From a virus (lineage: Duplodnaviria; Heunggongvirae; Uroviricota; Caudoviricetes): a stretch of 64,000 bases of DNA. Shown here piece by piece: positions 1-9,318 of this stretch. Position 1 is the first letter of the stretch. Every line of letters starts with the position of its first letter. The notes under the pieces are model-generated. The model saw only the letters and a program-made list of their open reading frames with translations, was not told the origin of the DNA and ran no database searches. The position numbers were made by a program, and so were the translations under genes. The stretch lies in IMG/VR virus record IMGVR_UViG_3300034196_000151; one strand, 5' to 3'.

Positions 1-189
1 ATCTGAGTGCGACTCATTGAGATTATTAGCTAAACTAACAATATCAATAAAAGTAGGATCAGCGGTTTTAGTGGCGGCTTGATAATAAGTTACTGCCACA
101 ATGAGAATCATTGCAAAGAGAGCAACAACCATTAGGGGTTCAATTAATGGAACATCGCCAGCCATTTTTTTTATATTTTTAATATTCAT
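1..189 (-). CDS. hypothetical membrane-anchored protein (3' end runs off window)
   Basis: ATG at 189 preceded by AAGGTG SD; N-terminal hydrophobic segment GDVPLIEPLMVVALFAMILIVAV. Confidence 0.4.
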   Translation of the reverse strand, partial: MNIKNIKKMAGDVPLIEPLMVVALFAMILIVAVTYYQAATKTADPTFIDIVSLANNLNESHSD

Positions 190-246
190 AAGCACCTTTT
201 TAATAGTAATCAATAGAATATCAAGAAATCTATAAAATGCAAACAA

Positions 247-275
247 CAAAAAACCGCCAGCGAGGCGGCTTTTTT
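247..275. terminator. bidirectional intrinsic terminator
   Basis: aaaaaaCCGCCagcgaGGCGGcttttttc: hairpin flanked by an A-run and a T-run. Confidence 0.6.
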
Positions 276-290
276 CACAGCGTTAACGAA

Positions 291-674
291 TTATGACAAT
301 TTAACATCGGAAACGACGCTTTTACAACTCAACTCACCATCAACAATAGGAACCGTTTTGAATTTGCCTGTAACTGTTTTAACTTCAGTCATGCGATAAT
401 AGATGGTTGCTCGTTTTTTAATAGGTTCAGACCTGCAACTGAACCTACCAGTAACATCTTTTTCAGCAATGCGAACAAAGAAAGAACTGACCTTTTCATC
501 GCTGTAAATGGTGGCTTCGATGGACATCAATTCCGATTTTTTTCCGGTAGGTTGATACCCATTGACAATTACTTGATAAAAAACAGCGACAACAATAACC
601 ACAAAAATGCCAACAAACCACTTGGCGACGGTAGCCATTTGCTTATCTTCGTAATCTTCAATATTGTAGTTCAT
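291..674 (-). CDS. hypothetical protein, N-terminal TM helix
   Basis: 127-aa ORF; hydrophobic stretch VGIFVVIVVAVFYQVIV; bidirectional terminator hairpin at 247-275 downstream. Confidence 0.5.
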   Translation of the reverse strand: MNYNIEDYEDKQMATVAKWFVGIFVVIVVAVFYQVIVNGYQPTGKKSELMSIEATIYSDEKVSSFFVRIAEKDVTGRFSCRSEPIKKRATIYYRMTEVKTVTGKFKTVPIVDGELSCKSVVSDVKLS

Positions 675-683
675 ATCAATTCC

Positions 684-1052
684 TTAGATGGTAATGGTGC
701 CAATGACTGGGTATTCTTGGATTTTTACGTCTTGAAAATCTTCGCCATCCATCGAAATCAAGAAAACGCCATGCTTGTGAGAGCAATCAACGATGAAAGG
801 AGTATCATTGTAGACGATAACCGAACGTGGAAGTGGCGAGAACGACAACTGAATATCTTTCGGGTTGAAGTCTGCATCTTTTGCGGCCAAATCAAAACGA
901 ATGGCATTAATCTTGGCTTCAAAGAACGACTTTGCGTGTTCAGGCACTACGCTGGCGGCAACGATGTTCGCCAACTCGACAGAGATGTTTTCGACTACAA
1001 CACCACAAGCTTTCAACTGAGTTTTGATATCATCTTCGTTCAAAGTCTTCAT
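684..1052 (-). CDS. hypothetical protein
   Basis: 122-aa ORF, co-directional tight spacing with neighbours. Confidence 0.5.
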   Translation of the reverse strand: MKTLNEDDIKTQLKACGVVVENISVELANIVAASVVPEHAKSFFEAKINAIRFDLAAKDADFNPKDIQLSFSPLPRSVIVYNDTPFIVDCSHKHGVFLISMDGEDFQDVKIQEYPVIGTITI

Positions 1053-1153
1053 TGGTTCATCCTCGTTATGATGGGTTTATTATACCATTTCACCACATCA
1101 AAAACAACAAAAAAGGGACTTTCAGCCCCTTTTATGTTCAAACAGTTTATGGA

Positions 1154-1570
1154 TTAAGCGGGAACCGCATTTTTCCAAGCCCAATCAGCCGGGGTCAATT
1201 CTCGCAAGCCATGCTTGGCCCGTGCCTTATCGCAACGTTCATTCTTTTCACCATCCTCATAGGAAGCTGGAAAATCATCACGACAAGTGGATGAACGAGT
1301 CGCATAACCACCACAGAAAGCGTCTTTACCAATAGTGCCAGTAAGGTTAATACAGTAAGGTTCTGTTGAGCTATCAGTGCCTTTCATGGCAACACGGTGA
1401 GGACTGATTTGAACTACGGTGTCATCTGGAACAGTGCCCCCACCAGATACACATTCCTTCCAGTAAAAGGATGCCCGAAAGTAGGCACAGCAAGCACCAC
1501 AGCCAACACAAGGGTTGTTTTCTTGACCTTCTGGAACTTTGATTTTGTCGCTAACGATAATCGCGGTCAT
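1154..1570 (-). CDS. YkgJ-like zinc/iron-chelating cysteine-cluster protein
   Basis: 138-aa ORF with CVGCGACC (CxxCGxCC) motif typical of the UPF0153/YkgJ family. Confidence 0.5.
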   Translation of the reverse strand: MTAIIVSDKIKVPEGQENNPCVGCGACCAYFRASFYWKECVSGGGTVPDDTVVQISPHRVAMKGTDSSTEPYCINLTGTIGKDAFCGGYATRSSTCRDDFPASYEDGEKNERCDKARAKHGLRELTPADWAWKNAVPA

Positions 1571-1672
1571 GATGTTTCTCGATTGTTTTTGATGGAGATA
1601 TTATAGCAAAATTCGGTTTGCCTGTAAATATAAAAATGAAAAACCCCTCTTATGAGGGGCTTTCGCTGTCAG

Positions 1673-1885
1673 TTAATGCAGGTTTTCGATGACTCGACCG
1701 AACAAATAATGATGAGCATCCACTCGACACTTTTCATGTTGTTCTGGCGTCATTTTAGCAATGTATTCGTCAGCTTTATTGATATTTTCTTTCCATTTCT
1801 CAACGTCAATAGTGACAGGTTCAGCAATCACAAAAGGAGTCTGAGGTTGACTGAGATAATCCAGTATCATTGGATGAATGTTCAT
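1673..1885 (-). CDS. hypothetical protein
   Basis: 70-aa ORF; terminator hairpin (ccctcttatgagggg) at 1644-1668 downstream. Confidence 0.45.
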   Translation of the reverse strand: MNIHPMILDYLSQPQTPFVIAEPVTIDVEKWKENINKADEYIAKMTPEQHEKCRVDAHHYLFGRVIENLH

Positions 1886-1930
1886 AGGTAATGCCTCTTT
1901 GAATGGAAGTTGATTATAACAAAAAAGACT

Positions 1931-2551
1931 TTACTGGTCAATTTTTTTTGTATAGGTAAGTACATCAAAGCATTGAATTCCAGCCAACGTGCAATCAGAT
2001 TTAGTTACAGGTGTTTTTAAATCATTTTCCATGTAGTATTCATGACTAACATGGCTCATCATGTCAACAATAGCTGCAGTATTGGGCCTGCCAACACGAA
2101 AGCTGGTGCTTTGTGTGAAGGAGTCGGGTAGGAACAATCCTTTTGAATAAGGTTGTGTGGATAAATTATTATTGAAAACAAAATCAATTCTTTTCGAGTA
2201 TATTTTAATGTATTCAACAGCAGTATTAACATAACTAATTTCCAGAAAAGCACCAGAAACAAGATCACCATCAAAAGTAACACAGTAGTCTTGATTACGT
2301 GAACAATTTAACGTTTTGATTACATTGTTTTGAATATTTAATGCTTCATTATAGTTAATGATATGAACACCATCAACTCCCTTAGACAAGCCTAAATGAT
2401 GAAGGAAGGTTAAATAGTTTAAATCATCAACAACTGTTTTTCTTTTGAGTTCATATGAAAACCACCAACCCACAATAGCAATCATAATTAAAATACATAT
2501 AACAATTATATATTCACTTTTTGAAATGTTTTTATTCATTTTTATAACCAA
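1931..2551 (-). CDS. N-terminally anchored protein, paralog of 3281..3871
   Basis: 206 aa; N-terminal TM helix; shared motifs NYL(T/G)F..H(L/H)(G/S)LSKG and C-terminal DCT.AG..CF..L.YT with 3281..3871; AT-rich. Confidence 0.5.
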   Translation of the reverse strand: MVIKMNKNISKSEYIIVICILIMIAIVGWWFSYELKRKTVVDDLNYLTFLHHLGLSKGVDGVHIINYNEALNIQNNVIKTLNCSRNQDYCVTFDGDLVSGAFLEISYVNTAVEYIKIYSKRIDFVFNNNLSTQPYSKGLFLPDSFTQSTSFRVGRPNTAAIVDMMSHVSHEYYMENDLKTPVTKSDCTLAGIQCFDVLTYTKKIDQ

Positions 2552-3147
2552 TTTTTGTAGTGAATAACAAATAAGCAGTCAGACTGAGCGTTTAAACAGT
2601 CGTCTTTTGTAATTATCTTTTTTATATCAGAAGACCTAGCATAATAACTTTTAAGGTTGGAGCGTATTCTTAACAATTCATCAATTTTATTTTTGGGCAA
2701 ACTTGAGTTATAATGTTGTGTATTGTTAAATAGCTCCGTTGGATAGTTTTTTACACCTGATAGATAAGGAGAATATAAATAAACATCAGTAAATGAAAAC
2801 TTATTGTCCATAATGGTTGATGAGTATTGTATTAACGCCGTGGTTGAATCGGGATAGTCTTGTGGCATGGTTAACAGACAAGAATAACGAGTACAATCGG
2901 TATCTTTTATCAACTCTTGTTGAAATTCTGCAAATTTATATTTATCCATTGAAACGGTTGCCTGATTGGATGTTGAGTTAGCAACATTTTCAATAAATGA
3001 AAGCACACTCAGTGATCTATCATTACCGGCCATTGCATTATAGATAGCATAAGCACCCATAATACAAGTTAATGGAAGTAGAACCAACATAACAACCATC
3101 GTTTCGAGTAAAGTAAATCCCTTCTGTTTGCTTGAATTAAAACGCAT
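2542..3147 (-). CDS. type IV pilin-like / pseudopilin protein (prepilin N-terminal domain)
   Basis: N-terminus MRFNSSKQKGFTLLETMVVMLVLL carries the canonical prepilin cleavage/methylation motif G|FTLLE followed by a hydrophobic helix. Confidence 0.6.
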   Translation of the reverse strand: MRFNSSKQKGFTLLETMVVMLVLLPLTCIMGAYAIYNAMAGNDRSLSVLSFIENVANSTSNQATVSMDKYKFAEFQQELIKDTDCTRYSCLLTMPQDYPDSTTALIQYSSTIMDNKFSFTDVYLYSPYLSGVKNYPTELFNNTQHYNSSLPKNKIDELLRIRSNLKSYYARSSDIKKIITKDDCLNAQSDCLFVIHYKNWL

Positions 3148-3280
3148 ATCGGTCCCCTTAAAATATTACGGACATAATATTTGATGGCAAAAAAAAACAT
3201 TGTCCGTTTTTAAATCATAATTGTAGTCTTTTATTTGATTTTGTCAACATCATCCGGTCTTAAATTAGTCAATAAAATGA

Positions 3281-3871
3281 CTACAATGTGTAGTGTAAAG
3301 CTTCAAAACATGCCACACCAGCGGGAGTGCAGTCATTTTCACTTACCAAATGAGTGAGATTATGTTCTAAATAATATTCATAAGTTATCTTTTTTTGGAC
3401 GCTTAATGGATAAACATAAGAAGGATTTTCCTTCATCGAAAATTCACTCACAGAAAAATTATCGGAATAAAAAGAAGACGTACTATTATTATCAATAAAT
3501 ATAGAGTTAAAATTAGGTGCGTAAACCTTAATATCGTTTACAATACCCTTATCATAACTAACTGAAACAAAAGAACCCACTGGAAGCTCCTTTTTCAATG
3601 GTGAACAATAATTATTATTACAATCTAATGTTGATATTACAGATTGTTGAAGATTTAATGCTTCTTTTTGGTTATAAACAACAACTCCATTACCTTTAGA
3701 TAAACTTAAATGATAAATAAAACCTAAGTAATTAGTTTTTTCTTCAATATCTTTTTCTCGCAATGTTCCATAAAGTGTTAATGTTAAAATAACAATAGCT
3801 GAAAGAACAATGATAGTCATTAGCAAATCAATTGAAAGAAATCCACCGTTTTTAATTTTTTTTATACTCAT
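3281..3871 (-). CDS. pilin-like N-terminally anchored protein (degenerate GGFLSID prepilin-like motif)
   Basis: 196 aa; MSIKKIKNGGFLSIDLLMTIIVLSAIVIL; paralog of 1931..2551. Confidence 0.5.
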   Translation of the reverse strand: MSIKKIKNGGFLSIDLLMTIIVLSAIVILTLTLYGTLREKDIEEKTNYLGFIYHLSLSKGNGVVVYNQKEALNLQQSVISTLDCNNNYCSPLKKELPVGSFVSVSYDKGIVNDIKVYAPNFNSIFIDNNSTSSFYSDNFSVSEFSMKENPSYVYPLSVQKKITYEYYLEHNLTHLVSENDCTPAGVACFEALHYTL

Positions 3872-3956
3872 AAACCACCTAATAATTCGATAATAACAAC
3901 TATAACTTAGATTGAAATTAAATCAATTATTAAATGATAAAATCCCATAATATAAT

Positions 3957-3989
3957 AAAAAAAAGAGCCGCGAAGGCTCTTTTATAGTT
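3957..3989 (-). terminator. intrinsic terminator (UUCG loop on minus strand)
   Basis: aaaaaaaaGAGCCgcgaaGGCTCtttt; on the minus strand GAGCC-UUCG-CGGCUC followed by a U-run. Confidence 0.6.
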
Positions 3990-4010
3990 AAGACATGTAG
4001 GGGCAATCGT

Positions 4011-4370
4011 TTAGTTTGAAAAGCTCAACATCTCACTGAATGGTTGGCCGATTGCTTCTTCGACCATTGTAGTAATCTGGCAGGAGCCTTCGCCATAAAC
4101 AATCACACCACCTTGTGGGAAGAGGTCATGTTTATTTGGAGTAAAGACATCCAACCGCATGATGTTGTTATCTTCATAATCTGTGATGTATGCACGACCA
4201 TGACCATCGGTATCAAGGGCTGTTTTAGTAGCTTCAACAACCGCTGCACGAACCTTCATCATCACTACTGGGCGTTTGAGATAAGAAGAAGTAATCATGG
4301 GTGTAGCCTCATCTGTTTGTGTGTAGCCATTATACGACAAATCTGTTTTTTGAGCAAGCTTTTTAGCCAA
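4011..4370 (-). CDS. hypothetical protein
   Basis: 119-aa ORF; UUCG terminator at 3957-3989 downstream. Confidence 0.5.
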   Translation of the reverse strand: MAKKLAQKTDLSYNGYTQTDEATPMITSSYLKRPVVMMKVRAAVVEATKTALDTDGHGRAYITDYEDNNIMRLDVFTPNKHDLFPQGGVIVYGEGSCQITTMVEEAIGQPFSEMLSFSN

Positions 4371-5004
4371 GCAAACCTTTGAGTTGACGAAGTTTTTCGG
4401 CGGTTTCTGGTGATATTTTAAGTTTTGGCATGAATCGTCTTTGTTCAGCCATCAGCTTTTGGTAAGTTTCAAAGATAAACGGATAGACCCAATGATCAAC
4501 CTGAGAGCCATCCAAACCATGTTTTAAGTATTCTTCTTTGGTTGACAAAATGGCAGCTTGCAACACCTCTCTAACAGCCGCCAGCCAACTGGCTTCAACA
4601 TTGTCAGGAACTTGGAAGATTATCGAGTACTGGTTAAGAAGACGGACATCAGACGATGTAAACCCTTTATCCGTTGGTAAACCAGATTTTACCAGAACAT
4701 CGAAGTGTTTTTCCATCACCAGATACTTAGCCAGTTCCATTTCTCGGTGAATTTGCTGCGGTGTTACATACTTTTCGTAAATGGGAGCCAGTTCAGGTGA
4801 AACCGCAAGATGATCTCTGCTTATTTTGGCGTCATGTGTATCAGTTTTTGAGATATTATGTGAATGAACAGTGCCATCAGATGCCCAGCACGACTCTGGA
4901 TCACGAACAAGAACAAATTTCAACACATCCATACGACTCTGAAACAAATCAGGGTATTTGATAATGTGGTTCTTGACGTTGATTTCAGCCGGGGCTAATG
5001 ACAT
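4363..5004 (-). CDS. hypothetical protein, paralog of 44632..45312
   Basis: 213 aa; shared block F(Q/N)(V/I)PDNVEASW..A..EV..A with 44632..45312. Confidence 0.55.
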   Translation of the reverse strand: MSLAPAEINVKNHIIKYPDLFQSRMDVLKFVLVRDPESCWASDGTVHSHNISKTDTHDAKISRDHLAVSPELAPIYEKYVTPQQIHREMELAKYLVMEKHFDVLVKSGLPTDKGFTSSDVRLLNQYSIIFQVPDNVEASWLAAVREVLQAAILSTKEEYLKHGLDGSQVDHWVYPFIFETYQKLMAEQRRFMPKLKISPETAEKLRQLKGLLG

Positions 5005-5063
5005 GTTGGGAAACCTCTTTAATTGATAATGGATTATACCACAATCTAATGTACAGGTAAAGA

Positions 5064-5097
5064 AAAAGCCACCCGAAGGTGGCCTTTGTTGTAGCCG
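5064..5097 (-). terminator. intrinsic terminator (UUCG loop)
   Basis: aaaaaGCCACCcgaaGGTGGCctttg. Confidence 0.6.
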
Positions 5098-5106
5098 AAA
5101 CCTGTA

Positions 5107-5460
5107 TTACAGGTTCATGCAAGCCAGCTTGCGACGGCCATAATTCAGGATTTCAGCCAGCACTTTTGGGTCGTTGATGTCAGCACCCTCGAAGTCACCC
5201 AAGTAGGCAACAACGTGCGGATTGCGGGAAGCCCACAAGTCACCTTCTTTTTTGATAATGGTAGTGCCTTCCTGAGCACCCCAACCGGCGATGACCGTGC
5301 CACGGCAAGCGAAGCCAGTGTGGCAAGTGCTGGTCGAACCATCACTGAAAGTGATTTCTTTTGGCTCGTCCGAAGTGATAACACCCCAAACATTCTTACT
5401 GCAGAGAGCGAGAGCGAATTTTTTGACTGGCAGGTTGGTCAGGGTTTTAGCTTGGGCCAT
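5107..5460 (-). CDS. hypothetical protein
   Basis: 117-aa ORF; terminator aaaaagccacccgaaggtggc at 5064-5097 downstream. Confidence 0.5.
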   Translation of the reverse strand: MAQAKTLTNLPVKKFALALCSKNVWGVITSDEPKEITFSDGSTSTCHTGFACRGTVIAGWGAQEGTTIIKKEGDLWASRNPHVVAYLGDFEGADINDPKVLAEILNYGRRKLACMNL

Positions 5461-5503
5461 GATTGAAATTCCTTTGTGTCGTTGAGTTGATGGAGCTATT
5501 CTA

Positions 5504-5872
5504 TCAAAAAACAGTTTTCATTGCAAGAAAATTAAAGGCATTTGATTTGATTTCATGCTCAATAATGTAAGACAAATCAGTTACACTAAGCTCGACAACA
5601 AAACCTGTATTGAAATAGAAAACAAAGCCAGCCAACGAACAGGTTTTCAACCAACTGGAAGCATCATCAAAAGCAAGGTTACTGGCAGTAGAAAACAAGA
5701 AGTGATTCCGATTAATGGCTTCATTTCGTGCTTGGCTCAGTTTCCGCTGAGCCTCAACGATCTCATCTTGAGTGTAAAGATTACCATATTCAGCCACCAC
5801 ATTATGATTGGATCTATCAGTTTCAACAGGCAATGGGGTTATTTTTGTTTTTTGAAAAACAGTAAGGTTCAT
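5504..5872 (-). CDS. hypothetical protein
   Basis: 122-aa ORF. Confidence 0.5.
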   Translation of the reverse strand: MNLTVFQKTKITPLPVETDRSNHNVVAEYGNLYTQDEIVEAQRKLSQARNEAINRNHFLFSTASNLAFDDASSWLKTCSLAGFVFYFNTGFVVELSVTDLSYIIEHEIKSNAFNFLAMKTVF

Positions 5873-5890
5873 AGAAAATCCTCCAACTGG

Positions 5891-6097
5891 TTATTTTTTA
5901 TCCGATAAAGGATTCGCCATATCCCAGAATACAAACTTTTGCTGAGTCATGACACAATAAGATGTCGACTCTTGCTTCAAACAAGTATCCATTCGTTCTT
6001 TTGAAGCTATCAACAAAACAACAACGAAGGCTAAGAAAACTAAACAAAGCAAGCCCATACCAACAATTGTTAAGATTTTTTTCATCAATGGTTTCAT
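5891..6097 (-). CDS. small membrane protein (tandem paralog)
   Basis: 68 aa, TM helix, conserved C-terminal C..C..TQ(Q/R)(K/D)FV(F/L)WD...PLS(D/E)KK shared with 6094..6294. Confidence 0.5.
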   Translation of the reverse strand: MKPLMKKILTIVGMGLLCLVFLAFVVVLLIASKERMDTCLKQESTSYCVMTQQKFVFWDMANPLSDKK

Positions 6098-6294
6098 GAT
6101 TTTTTCTCACTCAAAGGATAAATAGAATCCCAAAGCACAAAGTCCCGTTGAGTAAAACTGCAATACATGAAAGAATTAACAGCAATACACTCAGAAAAGC
6201 GGTTGGATTTAACGACTACTGTGAAGATAATGAAGGAAATGAGAGCAAGGCACAAAATAATAGTGCCAGCGGCTTTGATTTTTTCCATAGACAC
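6094..6294 (-). CDS. small membrane protein (tandem paralog)
   Basis: 66 aa; stop/start ATGA overlap with the downstream paralog suggests translational coupling. Confidence 0.5.
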   Translation of the reverse strand: MSMEKIKAAGTIILCLALISFIIFTVVVKSNRFSECIAVNSFMYCSFTQRDFVLWDSIYPLSEKKS

Positions 6295-6410
6295 CTCTCA
6301 AATAATTGGATAGATTATATCATAAAAATTAAAAAAATGTAAGATTTGTTAATAAAAAGATTGAAAAAATAAAAATAAATGTAATTATATGAACACAAAA
6401 AGGAAATGAC

Positions 6411-7118
6411 ATGAAAAATTACTTAAAAAAATATTTTGAAACACTAAAAGAAAGCTTTTATGCTGATAAATTGTTAGCGTCCTTCTTCTTTTTAACGGTT
6501 TCCATCATTGCGATATATACGTTTAACACACCAGTAGAAAAAGTAGTTGCAACTTACATAGTGCTTGACATAGTGGCGAAGTTTGTGATGGTTGGTATAC
6601 TAACTTATCATAAAACAAACTATGTAGATGTTGAAAACAACAAACTAAGTGTACTATTTCATGAAGGCTTAAACTACTTACTATTTGCAGGTTTAGTTTA
6701 TTCATTGATGTATTTTGATTCAAACTATGAACAGTATTCTTTTTTGAACTTTGTTGTTAATATAGTGATTGTCTGTATTTTTGGAATAGCTTTTATAGTT
6801 AAGTTAGAAAGTTATAGAAAAATATACAGTCATCTGTTTAAAAAGACAGGTATTAATAATGAAGGTTTTAAGTCATTTTATTTATTTGATAGTTATGATG
6901 ATTTATATTTTAAATTTCATGCTCTATCTAATCTTGGGTTTGCACTTATCTCTCTTGAAAAGAATGGCATTAAAGTTGATGAAGACTACATATACATCAA
7001 TAAAAAACCTTATAATAAAAAACAATACATTAAATATATGAGAGAAACCGATATAAAAACAGTAGAGGCGTTAACCGAAGAAGATCGATTACTGATTGAG
7101 ATGATAAACATAAAATAA
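6411..7118 (+). CDS. multi-pass membrane protein, plus-strand low-GC gene
   Basis: 235 aa, several hydrophobic helices, SD AAGGAAATGAC before ATG; very AT-rich; own terminator at 7120-7148. Confidence 0.55.
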   Translation: MKNYLKKYFETLKESFYADKLLASFFFLTVSIIAIYTFNTPVEKVVATYIVLDIVAKFVMVGILTYHKTNYVDVENNKLSVLFHEGLNYLLFAGLVYSLMYFDSNYEQYSFLNFVVNIVIVCIFGIAFIVKLESYRKIYSHLFKKTGINNEGFKSFYLFDSYDDLYFKFHALSNLGFALISLEKNGIKVDEDYIYINKKPYNKKQYIKYMRETDIKTVEALTEEDRLLIEMINIK

Positions 7119-7119
7119 C

Positions 7120-7148
7120 AAAGGAACCTCGCGGTTCCTTTTTTGTCT
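7120..7148. terminator. bidirectional terminator between convergent genes
   Basis: caaaGGAACCtcgcGGTTCCttttttg. Confidence 0.6.
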
Positions 7149-7157
7149 TCAGTTAAG

Positions 7158-7673
7158 TTAGTTGACAGTTTTTCCGATGACATAATGCGGCGTGTCATAA
7201 AGACCAAACTTAAAGCTAAGATCAATGAAAAAGTTTTTCTTTGACTTAATTTGAACAGTTGTTGCAGTTTGTTTGTCAACATCAATTTCTGTAACAACCA
7301 TCCATTCACCAGACCAGAAAATAACATCACCAACCAGACAAGGGGCTGTATCTACCATAATCGTATCGTATGGTACAAAACAATCAGCCGCTTCTATTGC
7401 ACACAAATGAGAAATGACTTGAGCATTCAAATCAGACATGTAATTGTAATGACCTTGGCGATCAATCCCAACAAGAACTGGCATCAAATTAGACAATCGA
7501 AAAAAAGCTCGAATATTTTCGGACGAAATTTCATTTGTCACCAAGGAAAGCTGGTTGTTGAAGCCTTCTTCGTCATTGTGATCAGAAGGCTGATGAAACA
7601 CTTTATCGGAGTGAAAGTCCTTAAAGATTTCGACAAGTTCCGAAAAAGGTTTTAATGGGATTCTTCTTTTCAT
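7158..7673 (-). CDS. hypothetical protein
   Basis: 171-aa ORF convergent with 6411..7118. Confidence 0.5.
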   Translation of the reverse strand: MKRRIPLKPFSELVEIFKDFHSDKVFHQPSDHNDEEGFNNQLSLVTNEISSENIRAFFRLSNLMPVLVGIDRQGHYNYMSDLNAQVISHLCAIEAADCFVPYDTIMVDTAPCLVGDVIFWSGEWMVVTEIDVDKQTATTVQIKSKKNFFIDLSFKFGLYDTPHYVIGKTVN

Positions 7674-7739
7674 TAGGCAATCCTATAGTAGCTGAATATT
7701 TCCATTATACAGGATTGCACAAAATAAAGAAAGAGTTTT

Positions 7740-8000
7740 CTAACCTGTATATACCATTTTAAAAATGGCAATAATAAGTGGGAGAGCCAAAATGAAACCG
7801 GCTGACCAAATTGAAAACTTCAACCAGAAAAGGGATCTTTTATCAAATTTTTTAATGTCCTCTCGACTTTCATCAATGATGGCATTGATGCAATAAGAGG
7901 CATTACCATAGGTGCTACATTTTGGACAACTACAAGCGATCATTACATATCTCCGATTAAGTACAGCAATTATAACCATTATTGAACAGTCATGCAACAA
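7740..8000 (-). CDS. small cysteine-rich protein with C-terminal TM helix
   Basis: 86-aa ORF (start approximate); CSCPKCSTYGNASYC motif; C-terminal hydrophobic tail. Confidence 0.4.
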   Translation of the reverse strand: MLHDCSIMVIIAVLNRRYVMIACSCPKCSTYGNASYCINAIIDESREDIKKFDKRSLFWLKFSIWSAGFILALPLIIAIFKMVYTG

Positions 8001-8019
8001 AAAACCGCCGAAGCGGTTT
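7998..8019 (-). terminator. intrinsic terminator (UUCG loop)
   Basis: aaaaaACCGCcgaaGCGGTttg. Confidence 0.6.
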
Positions 8020-8041
8020 GATTTATTCTTATGTTACATTA

Positions 8042-8308
8042 TTACGTTTCGTCAATCGCATACAGATTGAGAGCGGTTACGCCTGTAATGTCATCGACAC
8101 AATCATTCGAGAGCACACACTTCTGATCAACAAAGCGGGTCTTCAAAGACTGCAGATAAGCAATGGCTTCGTCAATAGACATGCCATCCATGATGGTGTC
8201 AAGAGAGTTTTCTTCTTGCATTAACTGTTGCATAGGAAATTCCTTATTTCGATTTAACGATAACCGAAGGCTCACCAGAAGGTTGTTCAGCCAGCGGCTT
8301 TGTATCAT
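8042..8308 (-). CDS. hypothetical protein
   Basis: 88-aa ORF; UUCG terminator at 7998-8019. Confidence 0.45.
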   Translation of the reverse strand: MIQSRWLNNLLVSLRLSLNRNKEFPMQQLMQEENSLDTIMDGMSIDEAIAYLQSLKTRFVDQKCVLSNDCVDDITGVTALNLYAIDET

Positions 8309-8643
8309 CTTTTTGGTCTTTTTTGCAGACTTTGCATTTATCGCACATATTTTTTAGCTCCGACCTCATTAAAGTAACCCAATTATAGCAAGAAAACCTC
8401 AAAAAAGAAAGATTTTTAAGCGTAATTTAAAAATAAACGAATATTTTTAACATTTGAAATATTTTATAAAATGGATTTTTAAATGCAATTAAATAAACAA
8501 CTTTATAAAAAACTCTATCAAATAATAAAGTACATAGTTAATATAAAACCTTATATAATAGGCTTTAATTGTACTTTTTTATATTTGATTTTATTTAAAA
8601 TATGCTAAATTTGTACTAAGATAATAATAACAATAATATTAAT

Positions 8644-9267
8644 ATGAAAAAAACACTACTTATATTAACAAGTGCCATATTAGCAAGCACTGTGTTAACA
8701 GCTAACGCATCTTATACGGCAGTTTATGGCGAAAGCCAAATCAATGGCGATAACATTACTTTTGTAGATAAAGGTATTTGGAATAAAACAACTCCAACAA
8801 TATCTTCATGGCTTAATGTTGGTGAGGCTACTGGATGTTCTGAATGGGCACCAGCAATCGACACCATAGCAAAAGACCTAGTGTTTGAACAAACTTCAAG
8901 CAATTGTAAGCAAGAACAATCAAGAACAGTTCAAAATAGAGAGCAAAACAGTAAATCACTTGCATACAGAAATGCAGGCAGTCCAATCAAAGAATCACAG
9001 ATGCTTACTGATTATTCAATGAAGCGTTCAGCAACAGGAACGAAAGTGACAGATGAATGTTCAAAAGATCAAAATACACGTTGGGTGAATGGAACCCCAT
9101 CAATGAACATGATGTATATCATGTGGGAAGGTGTAAAAGTATTCCCTGATATTGGAAATATTTACTTAACAGAATACACCTATAATGGATATAAATATAC
9201 CAAAGGTGCTTTAACAGCTAATTTAGGATATTACACATTCCATAGTGTATGTAGAATCAAACTTTAA
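8644..9267 (+). CDS. secreted protein (signal peptide), plus-strand low-GC gene
   Basis: 207 aa; N-terminus MKKTLLILTSAILASTVLTANA is a classical Sec signal peptide; preceded by a ~300-nt extremely AT-rich region; bidirectional terminator at 9281-9311. Confidence 0.55.
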   Translation: MKKTLLILTSAILASTVLTANASYTAVYGESQINGDNITFVDKGIWNKTTPTISSWLNVGEATGCSEWAPAIDTIAKDLVFEQTSSNCKQEQSRTVQNREQNSKSLAYRNAGSPIKESQMLTDYSMKRSATGTKVTDECSKDQNTRWVNGTPSMNMMYIMWEGVKVFPDIGNIYLTEYTYNGYKYTKGALTANLGYYTFHSVCRIKL

Positions 9268-9280
9268 ACCAAACGAAAAC

Positions 9281-9311
9281 AAAAAAAGCCCTATATCGAG
9301 GGCTTTTTCTT
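9281..9311. terminator. bidirectional terminator
   Basis: aaaaaaaGCCCTatatcgAGGGCtttttc. Confidence 0.6.
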
Positions 9312-9318
9312 TGTCTTG

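Noticed and set aside
552-1157. Long plus-strand ORFs in the six-frame track (e.g. 552..1157, 18421..18732, 31061..31861, 48601..49362, 50850..51755, 60100..60885)
   Set aside because: They lie antisense to well-supported minus-strand genes that have promoters, SDs and terminators. They lack their own expression signals, so they are antisense shadow ORFs in a low-GC genome.
8330-8643. Hidden gene in the AT-rich 300-nt region
   Set aside because: No ORF longer than 25 codons has an SD. It is interpreted as a divergent promoter/UP-element region.
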